Source: Pseudomonadota bacterium (GTDB lineage Bacteria; Myxococcota_A; UBA9042; GCA-2863065). From it: DNA of 64,000 nt. Every line of letters begins with the position of its first letter. Within the stretch, counting starts at the first letter, position 1. The notes under the pieces were generated by a model. That model was not told where the DNA came from and ran no database searches. It saw only the letters and a program-made list of their open reading frames with translations. Both the position numbers and the translations under genes were made by a program. Shown in pieces: positions 1-8,482 of the stretch. Where the stretch lies: positions 2,769 to 66,768 of the forward strand of contig SXOO01000158.1 of assembly GCA_005776725.1 (NCBI GenBank). The letters run 5' to 3'.

Positions 1-417
1 CACCACGAGGCCGTGGTGTCCCTCGAGGAGCGTGTGTGCCAGGTCATCGATCGACGCGTCTTCCGGGAGGACGTGGCGTACGTGAAAGCGGTTGATCGCG
101 CGCATGAGCACGTTGCGGTCGTGGTGGCCGCCGATCAGGATCGGGCGACCCGGCAGTACCAGCTGCGCCACCAGCTCCAGCGCCGCGGTGCTGTTTTGCA
201 CATCCTCCGCGCTCAGCACCAGCAGGGCGGGGCGTTCGCCTGCGCTGTGTCGGTCGGCGTCGCGGATCTCGGCGTCCTCCGGGAGCGCATACGCCAGCCC
301 CGGCAGCAGCCGACGACCCAGCGACGGCGTGAGCAGTACCCGGAGTGGCGGCAAACCGCTCACGCCCACGGGCAGGACACTGCGACTGCGGCCGAGCGGC
401 GGCGGGTCAATCATCAT
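1..417 (-). CDS. hypothetical protein with degenerate receiver-like region, partial (C-terminus beyond left edge)
   Basis: Not in the ORF track because it runs off the window. The reverse-strand ATG at 417-415 opens a frame that stays open to nt 1 (139 codons): MMIDPPPLGRS...ERPALLVLSAEDVQNSTAALELVAQLVLPGRPILIGGHHDRNVLMRAINRFHVRHVLPEDASIDDL. The layout resembles beta3-beta5 of a CheY-like receiver, but the phospho-Asp and conserved Lys positions look substituted. The start overlaps the stop (407) of the upstream kinase gene by 11 nt. Confidence 0.45.
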   Translation of the reverse strand, partial: MMIDPPPLGRSRSVLPVGVSGLPPLRVLLTPSLGRRLLPGLAYALPEDAEIRDADRHSAGERPALLVLSAEDVQNSTAALELVAQLVLPGRPILIGGHHDRNVLMRAINRFHVRHVLPEDASIDDLAHTLLEGHHGLVV

Positions 418-1738
418 CGGGCACTGCACCCTGGTCGATGTCGGCCGTCGGCGGGAGGAAAAGGGCGGCCCGCGTGCCGCGCCCTGGTGACGACTGCAGC
501 TCGATGCGCCCACCATGGGCTTGCGCCACGAGGCGAGCGAGACCAAGCCCGAGGCCGAGCGCGGGAGGCTCGAAGCCGCTGAAGAACGGGTCGAACGCGC
601 GGTCCAGCGTGGACGGGTGCATGCCGATCCCGGTGTCTACGATCTCCAATGCGAAGCCCGGCTCGTCTCTGCCCACCACCCGCACCTCACCCCGCTGCGT
701 GACGGCGCGCGCCGCGTTCCGGAGGAGCGCCAGCAACGCCTGACGGGTCCGCGCCACGTCTACCGACGCGTACGCATCGGGCGGCAGGTCGACGGTGACC
801 TCGATGCCTGGCGTCTCGAGGGCTAGAAGCACGAGCGTCTCCCGTACAAACTCCAGGATATTGACGTTGCTTCTGCGGGTCTCGATATCGCGCCGCTTGG
901 CGAATGTGTTCACGTCGGACACGATGCGCAGGATGGACTCTAGGACGTCGGTGGCCTCGGCGGCGGCACTCTGGAGGGCGACTGGATAGCCGGGGGCAGA
1001 CATAGTGTCCGTGAGGAAGAGGAGGGCCGACAGCTGATTGTTGATGTCGTGCGTGATGCCGCTAGTGATGCGACCAAGTGTGCCCAGCCGCTCTGCTGCG
1101 ATCAGCTGGTTTTGCGCTCGTTCCAGCTCACTCAGCGTGCCCTCGAGCTCCGCGCGCCGGGCAGAGAGCAAGGTGACGGCGCTGGCCAGAAGCTGCCCTC
1201 GCGCCTTTAGCGCCAGTCCGTCCTGAACGGCGGTGCGCAGCGTGAGCGGCTCCCACGGCTTGAGGAGGAAGCGGTAGACGTTACCGCGGTTCACCGCGGT
1301 GAGGATGGGATCGACATCGGTGTACGCTGTTAGCAGGATACGGACCGTGTCCGGATACTGCACCACCATCTGCGCCAGGAACTCCGTGCCGGTCATGAAC
1401 GGCATTCGCTGGTCCGAGAGCACCAGATCCACCGGTCCCTCGCGCTCGAGGAGGGCCAGCGCGGCGCGCCCATTCGGGGCCCGCAGGACTTCGTAGTCGG
1501 CCTCCAGCAGCGCTTCCAACACCTCGAGGTTGGAGGGCTCGTCGTCGACGATAAGAAGTCGCCGACAGGTCGGGAGCTCGAGCCCCAACGCGCTCAGCGC
1601 CTTCAACACCGCGCCCTCGCTCCGACTACTGATGTGCACGCAGCCCCGACCAGACCGGGGCTCGCATGAAGCGAGCGCCGGGACACGGTTGGCCCAGCGC
1701 AGCAACGCAAAACCCCACCAGGACGCGCGCGGACGCAC
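407..1738 (-). CDS. hybrid response-regulator receiver / histidine kinase
   Basis: ORF 407..1738. Receiver domain: RRLLIVDDEPSNLEVLEALL...DLVLSDQRMPFMTGTEF...YRFLLKPW. Coiled linker, then H-box SGITHDINNQLSAL and HATPase_c boxes DTGIGM and GLGLGLGLARLVAQAHGGRIELQSSPGRGT. The true start could be the in-frame GTG at 1639 rather than ATG 1738. Confidence 0.85.
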   Translation of the reverse strand: MRPRASWWGFALLRWANRVPALASCEPRSGRGCVHISSRSEGAVLKALSALGLELPTCRRLLIVDDEPSNLEVLEALLEADYEVLRAPNGRAALALLEREGPVDLVLSDQRMPFMTGTEFLAQMVVQYPDTVRILLTAYTDVDPILTAVNRGNVYRFLLKPWEPLTLRTAVQDGLALKARGQLLASAVTLLSARRAELEGTLSELERAQNQLIAAERLGTLGRITSGITHDINNQLSALLFLTDTMSAPGYPVALQSAAAEATDVLESILRIVSDVNTFAKRRDIETRRSNVNILEFVRETLVLLALETPGIEVTVDLPPDAYASVDVARTRQALLALLRNAARAVTQRGEVRVVGRDEPGFALEIVDTGIGMHPSTLDRAFDPFFSGFEPPALGLGLGLARLVAQAHGGRIELQSSPGRGTRAALFLPPTADIDQGAVPDDD

Positions 1739-1959
1739 CCGCTAAGCGAATTGGATTCATGTATCCCGCGACCATTCGACCGACTCCGTGTGCCCCGAGG
1801 CGCCTTTGGAGCCTAATACGGACTGAGCGGGGCCGCAAAGGTGCGGTGGGTCTATTTAGACTCATGTCGATGGCCCAGAGGTGGACCCAGCTGCCCGAGA
1901 CGCGCTCGTGCCCGTTGCCGCTCCGCGGCTGCGTCGCGCAGCGGCTCCGGGGGTTGCCA

Positions 1960-1997
1960 ACATACGGCGGGCCGCGTCGCAGGCACCCGCCGTATGT
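1960..1997 (-). terminator. strong hairpin 13 nt downstream of the MC1-like gene stop
   Basis: 12-bp perfect stem acatacggcggg (1960-1971) / cccgccgtatgt (1986-1997) with a 14-nt loop. There is no clear U-tract on the minus strand (ttggcaa follows), so it is not a textbook intrinsic terminator. Confidence 0.45.
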
Positions 1998-2009
1998 GGC
2001 TGAGCCTAC

Positions 2010-2294
2010 CTACTTCTTCAGGTGCTCAACGCCGACCTTGGTCACCTTGGCCTTCCAGACTGCCGCAGGGAGCCACTTCGGGCGGTCCGACGGGGCCACG
2101 GCCTTCTCGCGGGAGCCGGTGAAGACGTGAACGCGGTCAGTGCCTCGCTCGCGCAGGCGGATGTCGGTGTGGCCCCGGCTCGCGGCCTTCAGTGCCGCAC
2201 CGCGGGGCTGGCGGCTCTGGAAGACCACATTCGTGTCCTCCCCCTTCTCCAGCAGTACGAAGTTCTTCTTCTTGACGTCATTCTCTTCAGCCAT
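2010..2294 (-). CDS. MC1-family (archaeal non-histone chromosomal protein MC1-like) small DNA-binding protein
   Basis: 94-aa ORF: MAEENDVKKKNFVLLEKGEDTNVVFQSRQPRGAALKAASRGHTDIRLRERGTDRVHVFTGSREKAVAPSDRPKWLPAAVWKAKVTKVGVEHLKK. It lines up end to end with my recollection of Methanosarcina MC1 (..RNFVLRDE..GVFTGKQPRQAALKAANRG..IRLRERGTKKVHVF..APKNRPAWMPEKI..KK..IEKLE). Codon third positions are G/C-rich like the host. Confidence 0.75.
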   Translation of the reverse strand: MAEENDVKKKNFVLLEKGEDTNVVFQSRQPRGAALKAASRGHTDIRLRERGTDRVHVFTGSREKAVAPSDRPKWLPAAVWKAKVTKVGVEHLKK

Positions 2295-2540
2295 CGTCGA
2301 ACCCCCATGGCATCGGGCGCTGCCCGTGCCGCTACGACCGGAACCCTGCCCAGTCGGATTGAACCAAGAAGCCCCCCCGCGACATCCGGACGGGCAACGA
2401 CCGTCGCGTAGCCGTTAAGCCGGACTACCTGGGTCACAACGTAACGCGGCGAACCACAGCCGCGCCTAAACCTCGAACCGCGCCAGGATAGCGCCACGGC
2501 GTGAAACGCAAGAAGAAATGTGGCGCTGTTGCGTGATTTT

Positions 2541-2562
2541 CTGCGCAAGCGCAGGTTTTTTT
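2541..2562 (+). terminator. orphan intrinsic-terminator-like hairpin plus T7 run, plus-strand sense
   Basis: ctgcgcaagcgcag (5-6 bp GC stem, 2541-2554), then g and ttttttt (2556-2562), inside a locally AT-richer patch. No plus-strand CDS ends upstream of it. Confidence 0.35.
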
Positions 2563-2676
2563 GGGGGACGTATTCCCAAAATGGATTGAACGCGCACCTG
2601 ACTGTTCGCCGGAGTTGACGCAGCGAGCGTCAGCGCCGCAGAGGGCGCCTCAACAGGGCCGCACGGCTCCCCCGCG

Positions 2677-4701
2677 CTACGGACTGCGCGCGTCCTTCGG
2701 GGCCGACGCCGAGCCGTTTGCCGGGGGCGTCTCGCCGCCCCAGAGCAGGAACGCCGCCACCGCCTGCTCCACCAACCCCGAGCGCACGGGGATGTTCGCC
2801 GGCAGGACCAACGGGTGCCCGCCAACCGTGAGTGCGGCCCGGCCCAGGGCGGAGATCGCCCCGGCGTCCCCAGCCAGGAGCGTCGCCGCACGGGGCGCCT
2901 CGGCGCATTGAGCCAGCTCTGGCAGCTGCTCGTCGAGGGAGGCGAGCGGCAGCGGGGCGTCGGCGGTCTTCTCGCCCTCCTTGACGGCTCGCGGCGCTGC
3001 GGCGGCGATGAGCGCCAGGGCGCTGACGCGCGCGTCCAGCCCGCTCGCGCGGGGCGGCGGGGCCTCGGCCGGGGCTGACCCGGGCGGCTCGCTCGGGCCG
3101 GCGAGCGCACACACGAGGCGCCTGGCCAGGGGACCCTCGCCCGACACGCGGAGGTGCAGGGTCACGAGGTCCGGAAGCTGGGCGGTGAGCGCGACGAGCC
3201 CGAGGAGCGGTTCGCTCGACACGTCCGGGGCCACCACCACCTCGACGTCGGTCTTCCCACGCCCGAGCGCGCGCGGGGATGCGAGCGGCTTGGGACCCGG
3301 ACTTGCCACCATCGTCTCGAAGGCCGAGAGCACCGGGGACGGAGGCGGCGGGGGGCTCAGCCGTTGAGGCAAGGACTCGGCGAGCCAGGCCAGGCTGTGC
3401 GTCCCGAAGCCCCCCTCGAAGAAGAGCCCGTTCACCACGGACGCGGGCGTGCCCTCCACCCCGACCATGCGGGCCAGGAGGATGTCGCGCTCGAGTCGTC
3501 GCGTGGTGGAGGGCGCGGCCTGACACGCCGCGAAGTGCTCCGGATCGAACCCCAGCGCCGCGCCGATGGAGGCGATCTGGGCGGCATCGAGCCCCGGCTG
3601 CGCGTTGAAGGCGGCTTCTGCGAACTCGAAGAGCTTCCCCTGGGCCTCGGCGCAAATCGCGGCCCGCGCCCCGCTGCAAGCGGCCTCGTGAAAGCGGCTG
3701 GGGATAAAGCGGTTGCACTCGTTGGAGAGCGGGAAGTGACGGAACGACACCTGGATCGCGGGTTGCGCTGAGACCCTCATGGCCTCGATCGCGAGGAAGT
3801 ACTTGCGGCAATGGGGGCACTCGAGATCCGAGAACTTCGTGATCTTCAAGGCGGCGTGCGCTGGACCCACCGCTCCGGCGTTCAATTCATCGAAGGCCAC
3901 CAGCCCGGACGCCAGGGCCTTGTCTACCTGCTCTCGGTCGAACTTCTGGCGGAGCGGCAGCAACTTGGACAGCCTCCAGGCGGAGAACGCTTCGAGCGCG
4001 CCTCCCACGACCAGGATGCCAGCGACGGTCCAGAGCGCCGTGCGACTGCGTATCACCGCGACCTTCTCCCGAGTGCCGAGGCCGAAGACGAGCCGTCGCG
4101 TCGAGCCCCAGTGGGTGACGAATAGCAGGGTGTTCACCCCGTACAACAGCACGCATGCGGGGCACCACTGCCCCGTCGTGGCGGAGTAGGTGCCCAGGAA
4201 GGCCGACCAGCCTACGGCCCCGAGGACCAGGCCGGCGGAGACGCCCTCCGCCGGAGTGACGGTGGCCCGAGTGTGCGCGTCCGATGAGTCGCTGTCCGAG
4301 GGTCCGGGCGCAGCACGCCAGCCCTGGCGAAGCCGCACCAGCGCCAACGCGACGAGCGCGCTGTAGGCCGCCAAAGCAAACGTGGCGACGGGGATCCCGA
4401 AGACGTCCGCCACCGGGCTGGAGAGCGCCACGTCGCAGCCCGTGGCGCTGAAGCGCCTGCAGAGCGGCGAGTCGGCGACCCCGACCAAGTCCTTGCTCTG
4501 CTTGAGCGCCGTGAGGTACGCGGCGTCGGCGGCCCCGACGAGCGCGAGCAGCAGGGTGATCAGCGCTGCCGCCAGGCCTTGACGGGCTCGGTGGTGGCCC
4601 CCGTTGCCGGCGGGGTCTGCCAGAACTGGCGAAGTGAGCGTGGGGTCTCTGTCCAGCGGGACCGCCCCCGGCCCAGCGCCTGGGCGGGACTCGTCAGGCA
4701 T
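2677..4701 (-). CDS. VKOR (vitamin K epoxide reductase-like) / thioredoxin-DsbA fusion membrane protein
   Basis: Frame of ORF 2677..4890. Start moved to ATG 4701, which overlaps the stop of the upstream gene (4694) by 8 nt. VKOR-like N-terminal membrane domain: AADAAYLTALKQSK...SPLCRRFSATGCDVALSSP...FGIPVATFALAAY, later CPACVLLYGVN. Then a thioredoxin-fold domain with ITKFSDLECPHCRKYF (CPHC). The ~250-aa C-terminal Ala/Pro-rich region lacks redox cysteines. Confidence 0.8.
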   Translation of the reverse strand: MPDESRPGAGPGAVPLDRDPTLTSPVLADPAGNGGHHRARQGLAAALITLLLALVGAADAAYLTALKQSKDLVGVADSPLCRRFSATGCDVALSSPVADVFGIPVATFALAAYSALVALALVRLRQGWRAAPGPSDSDSSDAHTRATVTPAEGVSAGLVLGAVGWSAFLGTYSATTGQWCPACVLLYGVNTLLFVTHWGSTRRLVFGLGTREKVAVIRSRTALWTVAGILVVGGALEAFSAWRLSKLLPLRQKFDREQVDKALASGLVAFDELNAGAVGPAHAALKITKFSDLECPHCRKYFLAIEAMRVSAQPAIQVSFRHFPLSNECNRFIPSRFHEAACSGARAAICAEAQGKLFEFAEAAFNAQPGLDAAQIASIGAALGFDPEHFAACQAAPSTTRRLERDILLARMVGVEGTPASVVNGLFFEGGFGTHSLAWLAESLPQRLSPPPPPSPVLSAFETMVASPGPKPLASPRALGRGKTDVEVVVAPDVSSEPLLGLVALTAQLPDLVTLHLRVSGEGPLARRLVCALAGPSEPPGSAPAEAPPPRASGLDARVSALALIAAAAPRAVKEGEKTADAPLPLASLDEQLPELAQCAEAPRAATLLAGDAGAISALGRAALTVGGHPLVLPANIPVRSGLVEQAVAAFLLWGGETPPANGSASAPKDARSP

Positions 4702-5704
4702 GGACCCGGACACGGACGGCCACCAGGGCTGCCGCGCCAATCCCCAGGCCTGCGATGAGCGGCCAGAACCAGAGGTGGGCCGAGCTCGCAGCGGCAGCGC
4801 GGGCCACCACGGTGCCGACAGCGCCGCTCCGCGCGCCCTCGCCGTGGCAGCCGGCGCACGTCGGCTCCCCCGAGACCGGGGCGCGCGCATAGACCGTGCC
4901 GCCGTCGCGCCACGTCAGCTCGTCATCCGTGGGCAGCTTCACGGACCAGGCGGGGGCGGGCCGTTCCGGTGTGCTGTCGCTATCGCACGGGGCGGCGCCG
5001 AGAACGCCGACAAGCCGCGGCGAGGCCAACCAGTGCGTCGGCACGGGCAGGCGTGAGGCACACGCCGCTTCGACTCGCTTCCACAGCCGCTCCGGGGCCG
5101 GCGCTTCGCCCGCGGGGCTCAAGGCCACCGCGTCGAGGGCGCTCAACGCCTCGAGCCCGGCCTCTGGAGCACCCGCCAGCATGGCCCGCTTCACCAGATC
5201 GGCGCCCGCGTTCGCCCGAGTCAGCGCCTCACGCTCAGGATCCGGACCCGGAGACGCGAGGAGCGCTGCCAGGGTCATAGCCGCACCGACAACCGCGAGC
5301 GCGAGGACACCTAAGGGTGACGGCGACAGCGGCAGCGTATACGACGGGGAGGTGTTGTCCTCTGAAGGCGGGGCGATGGGCTGGGTGGCCGCGCTCGGGA
5401 GGCCATGGTCTCCGAGCAGCACCGTCCGCGCCCGAGAGGGCGCAGGCCGGGGAGGGGCGTCCCCCACGATCACCGTGGGCAAGCGAGCACGTGCCGCTGA
5501 CGGGGGGGAGTGTTCCGCCGCCGCGCGCTGGCTCCTCGTGTCGATCACCGCGGTCTCGGTCTGACTGCGTCGTGCAGACTCCTCCGCATCCGGCAGCGCG
5601 AACGGCGCCTTGCAAGCCGGACAGGCGACCACCCCGTCGTTCACGGTCGACGGATCGATTCGGCTCTTCCGGCCGCAGTGAGGACAGACGTAGGCGCGCG
5701 CCAC
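4694..5704 (-). CDS. zinc-ribbon membrane protein with C-terminal CXXCH (possible c-type haem site)
   Basis: ORF 4694..5704. N-terminus MARAYVCPHCGRKSRIDPSTVNDGVVACPACKAPF is an MJ0042-type CxxC...CxxC ribbon. Central TM: LGVLALAVVGAAMTLAALLA. Periplasm-like domain ending ...TVYARAPVSGEPTCAGCHGE, followed by a second TM LWFWPLIAGLGIGAAALVAV. Confidence 0.65.
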   Translation of the reverse strand: MARAYVCPHCGRKSRIDPSTVNDGVVACPACKAPFALPDAEESARRSQTETAVIDTRSQRAAAEHSPPSAARARLPTVIVGDAPPRPAPSRARTVLLGDHGLPSAATQPIAPPSEDNTSPSYTLPLSPSPLGVLALAVVGAAMTLAALLASPGPDPEREALTRANAGADLVKRAMLAGAPEAGLEALSALDAVALSPAGEAPAPERLWKRVEAACASRLPVPTHWLASPRLVGVLGAAPCDSDSTPERPAPAWSVKLPTDDELTWRDGGTVYARAPVSGEPTCAGCHGEGARSGAVGTVVARAAAASSAHLWFWPLIAGLGIGAAALVAVRVRVHA

Positions 5705-5876
5705 GTTCGCCTTCTACCAGGGAGCCGCGCGGAGCGCCATGCGGCAGGAGCGCTCGTGTGCGGTATCGCGCGTATATGACGTTTTTCGTCAGTGAGCGGC
5801 GGGCGCGGTGTCCCCTGCGCCATTACTTGCGCGGCGGCCGCGCCGTCGAGGTAGTACTATTACGTTCTTAGCGTGA

Positions 5877-5892
5877 TGGCACGGTTCGTGCT
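5877..5892 (+). promoter_or_regulatory. sigma-54 (-24/-12) type promoter candidate
   Basis: TGGCACGGTTCGTGCT versus consensus TGGCACG-N4-TTGCW. GG and GC are at the correct 10-nt spacing, with one mismatch in the -12 box. It lies 33 nt upstream of the pilin-like ATG (5925), with GAGG at 5913-5916 as a likely RBS. Confidence 0.5.
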
Positions 5893-5924
5893 CTGATTCG
5901 GCCCGTCCAGCCGAGGTGTTCAAC

Positions 5925-6497
5925 ATGCGTCCGTCCCGCCGGGGCTTCACCCTCATCGAGCTCATGATCGTCGTTGCGATCCTGGCTATCCTGGCTGTCG
6001 TAGCGGTGCCGGCTTTCGTGAAATTCCTCCGCCGTGCCAAGACTGTGGAGGCCGTGGACCAGCTCGACAAGATCCACAAGGGCGCGGTCAGCTACTACAT
6101 GCGAGGCAAGGTCGCGCATGGCACCGGGGCTCCGGTGAGGTGTCAGTTCCCCGAGGCGCAGGGCATGACCCCCGACATCACCGGGAAGAAGTGCTGCGGA
6201 GGCGCCGCCGATGCGGACGGCGACGATCGCTGCGATGTGGACCCGCCCATCTGGAACGCGAAAGTGTGGTCGGCCCTCTCGTTCGAGCTTCGCGACCAAC
6301 ACTACTTCGGCTACTCGTTCGTAAGCTCCGGCACGGTCGAGACTGCGAAGTTCACCGCCACCGCAAACGCGGACCTGGACTGCGACGGCGAGGTCTCGAC
6401 CTTCGAGCGATACGGATACGGAACCTCAGGCAACGCGAGCGGCGATTGCGAGGCCTCGCAGGCGTCCGCGTACTTCAGGAAGGGCGATACTGAGTAG
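5925..6497 (+). CDS. prepilin-type N-terminal cleavage/methylation domain protein (type IV pilin/pseudopilin-like)
   Basis: Frame of ORF 5916..6497; ATG at 5925 chosen. MRPSRRGFTLIELMIVVAILAILAVVAVPAFVKFL is a class-III signal (G/FTLIE). The C-terminal half contains 4+ Cys. Confidence 0.85.
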   Translation: MRPSRRGFTLIELMIVVAILAILAVVAVPAFVKFLRRAKTVEAVDQLDKIHKGAVSYYMRGKVAHGTGAPVRCQFPEAQGMTPDITGKKCCGGAADADGDDRCDVDPPIWNAKVWSALSFELRDQHYFGYSFVSSGTVETAKFTATANADLDCDGEVSTFERYGYGTSGNASGDCEASQASAYFRKGDTE

Positions 6498-6549
6498 GTC
6501 GAGGACGCGTTCGAGCTCCAGCGGCACCCGCTTCGGAGTGCCGCGGCCG

Positions 6550-7956
6550 CTAGAGGCCTCCCACCACATGGATGCGCTCGATCAAGAACTGCGCGTCCAT
6601 CGCGGGGTTCATGCTGGGCGCGAGAGGCGCGGCGTCGATGGCGAGCACCACCTCGGTTCCTCGCTGGCCCGAGAGCGGAATGATGAGATCCGTCCACGGC
6701 GTGGCGAACCACGTGGCGTCTGGGCCCAGGATCTCTTCGCGTGGCGCCTCGGTGGGCCCGCAGTCGACCGTCCACGGAATTCCCGAGGGCTGCGCGAGCA
6801 CCACGGTCAAGCAGGGAGTTGACTGCTCCCTGAGGCGCGTCAGCTTCCGCACCCGAATCCTCAGCTCGCTGGCGTTGCCGGGCGGCATCAGCCGCGTGAC
6901 GATCGCGCTGGTGGTCCCGCCCACTGCTAGCGGGGGCTTGAGCCTCACGTAACGACCCAGCGCGCGCTCGAGCCCGAACTGCGTGAGGTACTCCACGTCG
7001 CCGATCCGTTGAATGGCGTCGTCGCCGCGTGCGAACCCGAAGTCGGTCTCGTGCCCGACGAGCAGCGGCGGCGCTGTGCTCGTGTTGAAGACCGTGATCG
7101 TCGGCTTGTCGAGCCGCCTGCCGATGAGGTCGGTCAGCTCGCTCCCCACGGCCACCGAGAGCTTGGCGTCGAACGGCAGCAGCGCCCGTGGCTTGAGCGT
7201 GACGTGCGTCGTGGCGTCTGGGAGGTCGGTCTTCTCAACCTCGATGTTCATCTCCAGCGGGTTGCGCGCGGCGTCCCGTATGAAGAGGCGCTCGGGCAGG
7301 CGCTCCGTCTTCACGGGCTCGTCGAAGAACACCTCCACCTTCCCGGTCACGATGCCCGCGGCGGGGGCCACCACCTGGACCTCCGGCGGCGAGCTGTCGC
7401 GCCCCCCCATCCAAGTCCCCGTGATGCTGCCCGAGATCCGGGTATCGCCAAGCGCCAGCGAGAACCCGCCTCGGGCCTCGAGCTGCACGTCCTTGTCGAG
7501 CTCGCCGTCCGGCGGAGAGCCCCCACCGGGCAAGGTGAGCCGCGAGGACGAGATCTCGAGCTCCAGGCGGCGCCCGTCCCGCAGCTGCATCCCCACGGCG
7601 AATGGCTCGAGCCGCACGGCGACCGGGTCGTTTTGGCGCTTCACGCGGGTGTATCGGCTGGTCGCGTAGCTCCCGGGAGCGCCGGTGAGGCCCACGACCA
7701 CCAACGACGCCTCGCGCTCGGGCGTCCAGATCAAGAGCCCGTGGTCGCCGAGGACGTTCTTCAGCGTCTGCGCCGATCCGCCCGAGCCCACGACCTTGTC
7801 GACCTTGAGCGTGTCGAGCTCCAGTCGAAACATGTGGCCGCGGGCGAGCTGGGGTTCGGGGACCGGAGTCCCGCCGCCGCTCCCGAGGGGTGCCTCCTCC
7901 TTACAACCGGCCCCGGCGACGATGGCGACGCAACACCAGACGAGTAGTCGATTCAT
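6550..7956 (-). CDS. lipoprotein, function unknown (possible Ig-like SbsA/Big-type domain)
   Basis: Frame of ORF 6550..8016; start moved to ATG 7956, giving MNRLLVWCCVAIVAGAGC (lipobox). Central segment VQVVAPAAGIVTGKVEVFFDEPV is typical of Ig-like surface domains. Confidence 0.6.
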   Translation of the reverse strand: MNRLLVWCCVAIVAGAGCKEEAPLGSGGGTPVPEPQLARGHMFRLELDTLKVDKVVGSGGSAQTLKNVLGDHGLLIWTPEREASLVVVGLTGAPGSYATSRYTRVKRQNDPVAVRLEPFAVGMQLRDGRRLELEISSSRLTLPGGGSPPDGELDKDVQLEARGGFSLALGDTRISGSITGTWMGGRDSSPPEVQVVAPAAGIVTGKVEVFFDEPVKTERLPERLFIRDAARNPLEMNIEVEKTDLPDATTHVTLKPRALLPFDAKLSVAVGSELTDLIGRRLDKPTITVFNTSTAPPLLVGHETDFGFARGDDAIQRIGDVEYLTQFGLERALGRYVRLKPPLAVGGTTSAIVTRLMPPGNASELRIRVRKLTRLREQSTPCLTVVLAQPSGIPWTVDCGPTEAPREEILGPDATWFATPWTDLIIPLSGQRGTEVVLAIDAAPLAPSMNPAMDAQFLIERIHVVGGL

Positions 7957-8035
7957 TCCGCCGGAGATAACACAGCCCGAAGACCGGCGGGAGACAGTTG
8001 AACGAAGCGGCCCCACGGGCTAGCCTGCGCGGCCC

Positions 8036-8482
8036 ATGCGCCCCGCCGTCCCGGTCCTGTTCCTCGCCCTCGCTTGCCGCGAGGTCCCCACCGAGACCGT
8101 ATCGCGGTGTCACCCTGCGGGCGCCGACTGCGACGCCTTCCTCACCCGGAGCGCCGAGAGCGCCGCCACCGTGGGAACCGGCGAGGCGGTCTACGCCAGC
8201 CAATGCGCCTCCTGCCACGGCAAGGACGGTCGCGGGATGGGCATCCCCTCGCGCGGCGATTTCACGGTGTCCGATTGGCAGGGCCGGTGGACCGACGCCG
8301 ATCTCCAGGGGATCGTCACTGCGGGGCGCGGTGGGAAGATGCCAGCGTTCAGGCTACCGCCGATCGAGCTCCGAAGCGTGGTCCTCTTCATCCGGAGCCT
8401 CGACCCCGCCCGCGGCGCCTCCGACGCGCCGATCAAGGCCCAGGAGGGCCAGTTCCCGTACGCCACGGAGGAGACGCCATGA
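8036..8482 (+). CDS. class I c-type cytochrome lipoprotein
   Basis: ORF 8036..8482. Lipobox LFLALAC. Haem site GEAVYASQCASCHGKDG. Distal Met context GGKMPAF. Confidence 0.85.
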   Translation: MRPAVPVLFLALACREVPTETVSRCHPAGADCDAFLTRSAESAATVGTGEAVYASQCASCHGKDGRGMGIPSRGDFTVSDWQGRWTDADLQGIVTAGRGGKMPAFRLPPIELRSVVLFIRSLDPARGASDAPIKAQEGQFPYATEETP

